Below are positions 56,909-64,000 of a stretch of 64,000 nucleotides of DNA, piece after piece. The notes below the pieces were generated by a model. It was given only the letters and a program-made list of their open reading frames with translations. It had not been told where the DNA came from and searched no databases. Location: contig CBDDPY010000002.1 of the NCBI GenBank assembly GCA_965232515.1, positions 5,920,001-5,984,000 of the forward strand. The letters are read 5' to 3'. Position 1 is the first letter of the stretch; each line of letters starts with the position of its first letter. The DNA is from Alphaproteobacteria bacterium. Its GTDB lineage: Bacteria; Pseudomonadota; Alphaproteobacteria; GCA-2731375. Position numbers and translations under genes: made by a program.

Positions 56909-58036
56909 ATGCAAATCACGAGTAACTTCGACGGCGGCAATATCGAGGTGGTGAGCGCGGCCAAGCGCACTGATCTGCAGGTGCAGATCCGCAACGACAA
57001 CGGTTCCGAATTCTTCCAGTGGTTCTACTTTCGCCTGTCGGGCGCCCGCGAGCAGGCTTGCACGATCCACATCGTCAATGCCGGCAAGGCGTCTTATCCG
57101 AAGGGCTTTCAGGACTACAAGGCCGTCGCCTCCTACAACCGGGCCGACTGGTTCCGGGTGCCGACGACCTTCGACGGCAAGCGGCTGACGATCAAGCACA
57201 AGCCCGAACGCGACGCGGTCTATTACGCCTATTTCGCGCCCTACACGATGGAGCGGCACGCGGACCTCGTCGCCCATTGCCTGATGTCGCCGGATGTGAC
57301 GGGCGAGGTGCTGGGGCAGACGCTCGACGGCCAGGACCTGGATCTGTTGCGCATCGGCGAGGCGAAGCGGGGCCGGCGGGTCTGCTGGATCATCGGCCGG
57401 CAACACCCGGGCGAGACCATGGCGGAATGGTGGATGGAAGGGCTGCTGGAGCGGCTGACCGATCCGGACGACGCGGTGGCGCGGCAATTGCTGAAGCGTG
57501 CCGTGTTTTACGTGGTGCCGAACATGAACCCGGATGGCAGCCGGCGCGGCCATCTGCGCACCAACGCGGCGGGCGTGAACCTGAACCGGGAATGGAACGA
57601 GCCCAGCATGGCGAAAAGCCCGGAGGTGTTCCTGGTGCGGAATCGCATGCACGAGACCGGCGTCGATTTTTGCCTCGACGTGCACGGCGACGAGGGCCTG
57701 CCGTACAATTTCGTCGCCGGCTTCGAGGGCATTCCCTCGATCACCGACGCGCAGCTGGCGCTGCTCGAGGACTACAAGGCGACGCTCGCCCGCGTGAATC
57801 CGGACTTTCAGACCAAGCGCGGCTATGGCAAGGCGCCGGCGGGCCGCGCGAACCTGGCGATGTGCACGAACTACGTGGCCGAGAAATTCGGCTGCCTGGC
57901 GATGACGCTGGAGATGCCGTTCAAGGACGCGACCGACACGGCGATCCCGGAGACCGGCTGGTCGCCGGCCCGCTGCCGCGGCCTCGCCTGGTCCTGCGTC
58001 GACACGCTCTATGCCTTGGCCGACCGGCTGCGCTAG
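56909..58036 (+). CDS. M14 cytosolic carboxypeptidase
   Basis: FDGGN, WFYF, QHPGE, NPDG, NLNR, DVHGD, TLEMPF. Confidence 0.94.
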   Translation: MQITSNFDGGNIEVVSAAKRTDLQVQIRNDNGSEFFQWFYFRLSGAREQACTIHIVNAGKASYPKGFQDYKAVASYNRADWFRVPTTFDGKRLTIKHKPERDAVYYAYFAPYTMERHADLVAHCLMSPDVTGEVLGQTLDGQDLDLLRIGEAKRGRRVCWIIGRQHPGETMAEWWMEGLLERLTDPDDAVARQLLKRAVFYVVPNMNPDGSRRGHLRTNAAGVNLNREWNEPSMAKSPEVFLVRNRMHETGVDFCLDVHGDEGLPYNFVAGFEGIPSITDAQLALLEDYKATLARVNPDFQTKRGYGKAPAGRANLAMCTNYVAEKFGCLAMTLEMPFKDATDTAIPETGWSPARCRGLAWSCVDTLYALADRLR

Positions 58037-58049
58037 GGAGGCCCTCGTG

Positions 58050-58403
58050 ATGATCACCGTCTACGGCATTCCCAACTGCGATACCTGCCGCAAGGCCCGG
58101 CGTTGGCTCGACGAGCGTGGGGCCGACTACCGCTTCCACGACTTTCGTAAAGACGGCCTGGACCGCGCGACGGTCGCGGCCTGGCTCGCCGAGCTCGGCG
58201 CGGACGTGCTGGTCAACCGCCGCGGCACCACTTGGCGGCAGTTGCCGGAGGACGACCGCGCCAAGCTGGAGACGAATGCCGCCGACTTGCTGGTGGCCCA
58301 CCCGACCTTGATTAAACGCCCGGTCTTCGACCTCGGCGACAGCCGCCAGGTTGGCTTTGCCGCAGCGCAGGTGGCGGCGTTGGAGGCGGCGGTCGGCAGC
58401 TAA
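58050..58403 (+). CDS. ArsC/YffB family reductase
   Basis: YGIPNCDTCRKA, LVNRRGTTWR, LIKRP. Confidence 0.92.
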   Translation: MITVYGIPNCDTCRKARRWLDERGADYRFHDFRKDGLDRATVAAWLAELGADVLVNRRGTTWRQLPEDDRAKLETNAADLLVAHPTLIKRPVFDLGDSRQVGFAAAQVAALEAAVGS

Positions 58404-58428
58404 TTGGCGTTGGTGATTGCTCTTGGCC

Positions 58429-58517
58429 CTGGATGCCCGTGTCAAGCACGGGCATGACGGAAGGGGTGTCGTTACCTCAAATAGCTCGTCATTGCCGGGC
58501 TTGACCCGGCAATCCAG
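58429..58517. repeat. REP doublet, CTGGAT family, copy 4 (overlaps the MFS stop)
   Basis: Inverted hairpin pair. Confidence 0.9.
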
Positions 58518-59775
58518 ACCCGGGGTGGGCGCGTTCCGGTCCTTCCAGCGCAGCGGTGATGGCTTTACGTTTGCGCCAGGTCCAGAGCCAGATCAGGATC
58601 GAGAGCGCGGCGCCGGCAGCGAGGGGGAGGCGCAGGCCGAGCGCTTCGGAGAGGGCGCCCATGATGAGGGCGCCGGCGGCGGGGCCGCCGATGAAGATGA
58701 TGCCGTAGAGGCTGAGTACGCGGCCGCGCATGGCGCCGTCGACGGACATCTGCATCAGCGTCTGCATGCTGACGCCTGTCGCCACCATGGCCATGCCGGC
58801 GACGCCGACCGCCAGCAGCGCGAACCAGAAGATATCGGTGGCGGCAAAGGCGATGATCGCCAGCGACACGAACAGTGCGTTCAGCAGCACCAGCCGCGTC
58901 AGGCCGCCGCCGCCGCGCCGTGCCAGCCAGACGCCGGTAATCATGGCGCCGACGCCGACGGTCGAACTGAGCATGGCGAGACCGTCGGCGCCACGGCCGA
59001 AGACGTCAGCGGCGAAGCCCGGCATCAGCTCGACAAACGGCCGCACGCCAAGCGAGACCATGGCAAGCAGCAGCAGCATGGGCCCGATACCGGGGTGCCG
59101 CACGGTGTAGACGATGCCCTCGCCGAGCTGCTCCAGCACGGAGGCGCGGCCGGCGCCGGCGCCGCTCTCGGCCTCGGCGGTGAGGCGCAGACGCGAGAGC
59201 GCGATGATGAAGGCAAGGAAGCTGAGCGCGTTGGCGGCGAAAGCGCCGGCGACGCCCGTGGTGACGATCAGCAGTCCGGCGACGGCCGGACCGAGGAAAC
59301 GCGCCAGGTTGAAGGCGATGGAGTTGATCGCGATCGCCGTCGACAGGTCCTCGCGCGGCACCAGGCTCGGCATCAGGGCGAGCCGGGCCGGCTGGTTGAA
59401 GCCGATGACGACGCCGTTCACCAGCACCAGGAGCGCCAGCAGCTCGACATTGATGAGGCCGGCGATGGTGAGCGCGAACAAGACCGTCGCCTGAACCAGC
59501 GCGATCATCTGCGTGATCATCATGATGCGGCGGCGGTTGAAGCGGTCGGCCAGCACGCCGCCGAACGGCCCGAAGAACACCGCCGGCAGCAGGTCGGCGC
59601 AGGACACCAGCCCGAGCCAGAAGCCGGACTGGGTCAATTCCCAGGTCAGCCAGCCGACCGCGATCCGCTGCATCCAGGTGCCGACCAGCGAGATCGCGTT
59701 GCCGGTGATGTAGATGCGGAAGTTGCGGTGCTGGAACGTGGCGACAACGCCGCCGAAACCGGAACTGCTCGGCAT
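58489..59775 (-). CDS. MFS transporter (MFS_3/DUF894 type)
   Basis: SLVGTWMQ, GVLADRF, FNLARFLGPA. Confidence 0.92.
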   Translation of the reverse strand: MPSSSGFGGVVATFQHRNFRIYITGNAISLVGTWMQRIAVGWLTWELTQSGFWLGLVSCADLLPAVFFGPFGGVLADRFNRRRIMMITQMIALVQATVLFALTIAGLINVELLALLVLVNGVVIGFNQPARLALMPSLVPREDLSTAIAINSIAFNLARFLGPAVAGLLIVTTGVAGAFAANALSFLAFIIALSRLRLTAEAESGAGAGRASVLEQLGEGIVYTVRHPGIGPMLLLLAMVSLGVRPFVELMPGFAADVFGRGADGLAMLSSTVGVGAMITGVWLARRGGGGLTRLVLLNALFVSLAIIAFAATDIFWFALLAVGVAGMAMVATGVSMQTLMQMSVDGAMRGRVLSLYGIIFIGGPAAGALIMGALSEALGLRLPLAAGAALSILIWLWTWRKRKAITAALEGPERAHPGSGLPGQARQ

Positions 59776-59887
59776 GCCGCCAACCTGCGCCCGAATGGGT
59801 TGCATGGCAAGCCGGCGAAGACGATTTTTCCCAACGCGGTGCTGTTGCCTATACTGCGGCCCGGTTTGCAGGGGGATGGAAACGGGC

Positions 59888-60289
59888 ATGAACGACGATC
59901 CGCGGCATACGCTTTATGTCTGCCGCACCTGTCCGCGCTACGAGAAACGGCCGCCGGCGGGCGAGCCCACGGCCGGCCAGGCGCTGGCGATCCGGGTGAA
60001 GGCGCTGGCGCGGAGCTGGGCCGCGCGCGAGCACGTGAATATCCGTGTCATTACCTGTCTCGGCGGCTGCCCGAATCCCTGCAACGTGGCGGTCACCGGA
60101 CCCGGCAAGACGCGCCTTCGGTTCAGCCGGTTGGGCCCGGCCGATGCGGAGGCCGTCCTGACATTGGCCGAACGTCATCTGGCGAACGCCGACGGCGACC
60201 TGGGCGCCGACGACGTTCCCGAAGACCTTCGCGGCAAGCAGACGGCGCGCACGCCGCCGCGGATCGCTACGCCCGTCCAGCGGGACTGA
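59888..60289 (+). CDS. DUF1636 metal-binding protein
   Basis: VCRTC, CLGGCPNPC, ARTPP. Confidence 0.85.
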   Translation: MNDDPRHTLYVCRTCPRYEKRPPAGEPTAGQALAIRVKALARSWAAREHVNIRVITCLGGCPNPCNVAVTGPGKTRLRFSRLGPADAEAVLTLAERHLANADGDLGADDVPEDLRGKQTARTPPRIATPVQRD

Positions 60290-60540
60290 CGCCGACGTTC
60301 CGGCCCCTGTGATCGAGATCACTTCCCGGCGCACTGTTAATCGGCACGATGCGGCTCGAGGGTTGTAGACGACAACCAGGTTGAGGGCCGCCTGTTGAGA
60401 CCCGTTTGAGGGGGCAGGTCAGTCGCGTAGGGTCGTCGCCGTCCCGATCCAGGTCGAACCGACACGGACCGGGACGGCGGAGACTTTCCAGAGGTGGCAC
60501 GGCAGTTCGTGTCGGATCTGTTTCCTACCGTCCTCACCGT

Positions 60541-61854
60541 ATGGCGCTATCGAAACGACTTCGCGTTCTCCTACTGGCGGCACCGGCCGTGGTTGTGCTT
60601 GTGGCTATGCTGGCTGCGCGTCCTTCGGCACCTGCCGTCTTCTCCACAATTGAGAACGCTGCCCAAGACGCTTTCCAGCGAATACACCCCCGGCCGCGAT
60701 CGAACGGTCATGTCCTGATTGTCGCTATCGACGAAGCGAGCCTTGGCAAGCTGGGTCAATGGCCTTGGCCGCGCAGCGTGGTCGCCGACATCGTCAGTAA
60801 GCTCGATGCGCTTGGTGCCGCGTCGATTGCGCTCGACATTGCCTTTCCTGAGCCTGACCGCACAACATCAAGACCTCTGCGGCCCGGTTTGTCGGGGCGA
60901 GAGGAGGTTGAAGGAGGCAATGATCGGGCTCTCGCCGATGCACTGACGAGTGCTAATACGGTTGTTGGCTTTCTGGGATTCAAAAAAGAAGAGGTTGCTG
61001 AACGGCCTCCGGCGCTCAAAGCATTGATCACAATTGACGGGCCGACGTCGCGCCTTCCGCTCGTCAGCATGAAATACGCATTGCCGTCGCTGAAAAGTAT
61101 CGAGGCTGCCGCCAGCGGTAACGGTGGCTTGTTTTGGGCTTTTGACAAGGATGGTGTTGTGCGGCGGATGCCGTTGTTTGTTCAGGTCGGCAAAGAGATT
61201 TATCCAACGCTCACCGCGGAAGCGCTACGGCTGCGAGGAGAGAAGGTCGTGCATGCGCTAAGAACAGAGCCGGCCGGACGCGACCGACATGCTGTCGTCG
61301 TTGCAGCGCTTGTGGGCGGCATTCCGATTTCCACCGGCGCTGCCGCTGACGTGCGCCTTCACTATTCCCGTTATGCGCCCGAGCGGCACATCTCCGCCTG
61401 GGAACTGCTTGCCGGGGAGGTCGGCGAAACCGAAATCGAGGGTGCGGTCGTGTTCGTCGGCGCGACAGCCGTGGCATTGGGCGACCGTGCAGTGAGTACG
61501 CTGGGCGACGTTATTCCCGGCGTCGAGGCCCACGCACAATTCGCCGATCAGCTAATCGACGGCAGCTATCTTTGGCGACCGGATTGGCTCGAGGGCGCCG
61601 AGCTCTTCGCCATGATCATCACCTGGGGGATTGTCGCTATGACGGCCCTGCGGTTCACGGCGTCGTGGTCGGCAGGCATTTTGATACTTTCGGTTGCGAT
61701 CTGGTGGGGCGTTGCCTGGCAATTCTTTGTCGGCCGGCATGTCGTGCTCGACCCAACCTTTGCTTCGATCGTCATCGTCATGACATATCTTGCCTGTGTC
61801 ATCGTGAGGCTGATCGGGCTGGAGCGAGACGGCCGCGACGTCGCTGAAAGCTGA
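60541..61854 (+). CDS. CHASE2 sensor protein with TM helices but no output domain (possibly truncated)
   Basis: IDEASL..GQWPWPR, FPEPDR, DGVVRRMPL, PGVEAHA; ends about 10 residues after the last TM; lower GC. Confidence 0.82.
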   Translation: MALSKRLRVLLLAAPAVVVLVAMLAARPSAPAVFSTIENAAQDAFQRIHPRPRSNGHVLIVAIDEASLGKLGQWPWPRSVVADIVSKLDALGAASIALDIAFPEPDRTTSRPLRPGLSGREEVEGGNDRALADALTSANTVVGFLGFKKEEVAERPPALKALITIDGPTSRLPLVSMKYALPSLKSIEAAASGNGGLFWAFDKDGVVRRMPLFVQVGKEIYPTLTAEALRLRGEKVVHALRTEPAGRDRHAVVVAALVGGIPISTGAAADVRLHYSRYAPERHISAWELLAGEVGETEIEGAVVFVGATAVALGDRAVSTLGDVIPGVEAHAQFADQLIDGSYLWRPDWLEGAELFAMIITWGIVAMTALRFTASWSAGILILSVAIWWGVAWQFFVGRHVVLDPTFASIVIVMTYLACVIVRLIGLERDGRDVAES

Positions 61855-63969
61855 TTATTTCGATTGCAGAACGATGGTCGTGCCGGTTTTGCCTTGTTGC
61901 AGACGGCGCAGGTGGAATTGGGCGAGCGCGTCGGTCGGGCACGCGTCGACGATGGCGGCAAACGCGGCTTCGGCAGCGGTGTCGCCTTTTTGCAGCAGGT
62001 CGTAGGCGGTCATGTAGGCTTGTCCGTTTGTCGTGTCGCCGGTGTCCGTCGCCGTCGGGGCGAACGCGTCGATGCCTTCGGTCTTGCCTTTCAGAAACAG
62101 CGTGCCGACGGGGCGGCCGATGAAATCGGGCACGGCCGCGGCGGTGGCGCCGCTGATCAGGACGCGGGTCCCGAGCTCCGTATTTGCGGTCTCCAGCCGC
62201 GCCGTGGTGTTGATCGCATCGCCCAGCGCGCGATAGTCGTGGATCGACTGGCCGCCGACATTGCCGACGATGACCGGGCCGGAATTCACTCCGATCCGCG
62301 TCACGCCGATCGGCAGGCCCTCGGCCCGCTTGGCCGCGGCCCATTTTTGCGCGAAACGGTCCATCTCGAGCGCGCAGGCGATGCCGCGGGCGGCGTGGTC
62401 CGGCTGCGTCACGGGCGCCGAGAACATGACGGCGACGGCATCGCCGACGATGCGGTCGATGGTGCCCTCGTGCCGCTGGGCGATGCCGATCATGCCGTCG
62501 AGATACTCGTTCAGCAGATTGACGACCGCGACGGGGTCCGATGTCTCGACCAGCGCCGTGAAGCCCTCAAGATCGCTGAGCACGAAGGTGCATTCGCGTC
62601 GCTCGCCGCCGAGGCGGAGCGCTTGTGGATTTGCGATGAGATGCGACACGAGGTTCGGCGAGATGTAGGTGGAGAAGGCCTTGCGGATCCAGGCCTGCTG
62701 GCGCTCGCTCTGCACATGCCGGGGGATCGAGCAGGCGAGATAGATCGCGATCGCCGCGAGCGAGGGCGACAGGGGGTCGAGCAGAATGCGGGCCGCGGCG
62801 AAGGCGGACCACGAGGCGAGACAGACGGCGAGGATCACAATGGCGCCGGCGACGGCGGACCACAGCGCGCTCAGCCGGTAGATCAGGACCACGACGAGAG
62901 CGCACATGACGACGAGTGTCAGGATCTCGGCGCCGACGGTCCAGTCCGGGCGCAATAGATAGGACCCCAGCAGGATCTGTTCGGCCAGCTCGGCATGGGC
63001 CTCGACGCCGGGCAGTGGATCGCCGGATGGCCGGATACGCAGGTCGTTCAATCCGGCCGCCGAACTGCCGACGAAGACAATGGCGCCTTGCAGATCGTCA
63101 TCCGCGATGTCGTCGGCCAGCAGTCGCCAGGCCGGAATCGTGCGCCCCGGCGGCGGATCCGCGTAGTGCAGCCAGACATGCGCTGTCGCGTCCGTCGCGA
63201 CGATCAGGTTGCCGATGCGGACGTCGACGATGCCGGTTCCGGCGTCGGACGATTGCACTATGAAACTTTCCGCGCCCTGCGCGACCCGCACCGCCTCGGC
63301 CGCCAGCGTCGGCACGATCGCGTCGCCGATGCGCATCATCAATGGCATACGTCTGAGGGCGCCGTCGGTATCTTGGGTAACGTTCAGGCTGCCGTTGCCG
63401 GACGCCGCGGCCTCAAGCGGTGGCAACGCCCTGACGGCGCCGCGAAAATTCGGCAGGAATGGTCGCGGGTCGCCGCCCGACATCGCAATGCCGGCCGGCG
63501 GCGGCGCTGTTCCATCGGCCGCGTCCTGGGTCAACACGAAACCGGTAACCACCCGACCCTTGGCGATCCGCGCCGCGAGAACGGAATCATGATCGGGCAA
63601 CTGGACAATCAGGTTTCGGACCGCCGAATTGGCGACATACGGGCTGAGGGCCTGCGCCGGCGACGTCCGGTCCGGCTCTGCCAGGACGATATCGAAGGCG
63701 ATGGCGGCGGCGCCCAGCGCCTGCAGCCGCGCGGTGATGTCGGCCAGCCGGTCTCGCGGCCAGGGCCATTGGCCGAAGCGCGTCAGACTGGCTTCGTCGA
63801 TGTCGACGACGCGCACCGGCGTCGGCTGATAGGGCCGCGGCTGAAGTCGCTGATAAAGATCGAAAGCGACGTTCTGGACGTTCGCGGCGATCGACGGGTT
63901 CGTCACGCGAAACCCGATGACCGCCAGCAGCACGATCAACGACAGAATGGCGGGCCAGTACCGGCGCAT
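61855..63969 (-). CDS. CHASE2-domain adenylate/guanylate cyclase
   Basis: CHASE2 motifs, then SDLEGFT, GDAV, GDAINTTARLE, LKGK. Confidence 0.94.
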   Translation of the reverse strand: MRRYWPAILSLIVLLAVIGFRVTNPSIAANVQNVAFDLYQRLQPRPYQPTPVRVVDIDEASLTRFGQWPWPRDRLADITARLQALGAAAIAFDIVLAEPDRTSPAQALSPYVANSAVRNLIVQLPDHDSVLAARIAKGRVVTGFVLTQDAADGTAPPPAGIAMSGGDPRPFLPNFRGAVRALPPLEAAASGNGSLNVTQDTDGALRRMPLMMRIGDAIVPTLAAEAVRVAQGAESFIVQSSDAGTGIVDVRIGNLIVATDATAHVWLHYADPPPGRTIPAWRLLADDIADDDLQGAIVFVGSSAAGLNDLRIRPSGDPLPGVEAHAELAEQILLGSYLLRPDWTVGAEILTLVVMCALVVVLIYRLSALWSAVAGAIVILAVCLASWSAFAAARILLDPLSPSLAAIAIYLACSIPRHVQSERQQAWIRKAFSTYISPNLVSHLIANPQALRLGGERRECTFVLSDLEGFTALVETSDPVAVVNLLNEYLDGMIGIAQRHEGTIDRIVGDAVAVMFSAPVTQPDHAARGIACALEMDRFAQKWAAAKRAEGLPIGVTRIGVNSGPVIVGNVGGQSIHDYRALGDAINTTARLETANTELGTRVLISGATAAAVPDFIGRPVGTLFLKGKTEGIDAFAPTATDTGDTTNGQAYMTAYDLLQKGDTAAEAAFAAIVDACPTDALAQFHLRRLQQGKTGTTIVLQSK

Positions 63970-64000
63970 GCGGGCTATGCAAGGTGCCGGGGCGCAGACT

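Noticed and set aside
59776-59887. Cobalamin riboswitch before the DUF1636 gene
   Set aside because: The gap is only about 110 bp and no B12-box was recognised
60361-60377. GGTTGT-N5-ACAACC palindrome as a GntR-type operator
   Set aside because: Single short site with no cognate regulator in the window

Overview
High-GC alphaproteobacterial chromosomal DNA (Rhodospirillales-like gene content; taxonomy is inference). Most of the window is ordinary catabolic and transport genes: TRAP, TupABC, BVMO, acyl-CoA ligase, two extradiol dioxygenases, 2-hydroxyacid dehydrogenases, CoA transferase/lyase, MFS and two adenylate cyclases. At least six families of short palindromic REP-like repeats are scattered through it. 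No rRNA, tRNA or CRISPR array was seen. Three regions stand out. (1) 6.8-15 kb is an accessory island. A low-GC four-gene operon (62-aa peptide, PaaK-like adenylating enzyme, FAD oxidoreductase, aldo/keto reductase) lies between the 3' end and the 5' half of an IS630, these between an IS3 and a stub of the same IS3, followed by a broken RAYT transposase. (2) 26.9-31.5 kb holds a zinc metalloprotease facing four tandem Sel1-repeat paralogues. Three of them are preceded by a structurally conserved two-hairpin RNA element (CU-rich anti-Shine-Dalgarno-like loop plus terminator), and an orphan copy of the protease C-terminus sits in the array. (3) 45.4-45.75 kb is an AT-rich segment with tandem NrdR-like boxes, tandem DnaA boxes and three GANTC sites ahead of a 52-aa ORF, with no ribonucleotide reductase nearby. 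All calls come from motif recognition and alignment by eye; no searches were run.
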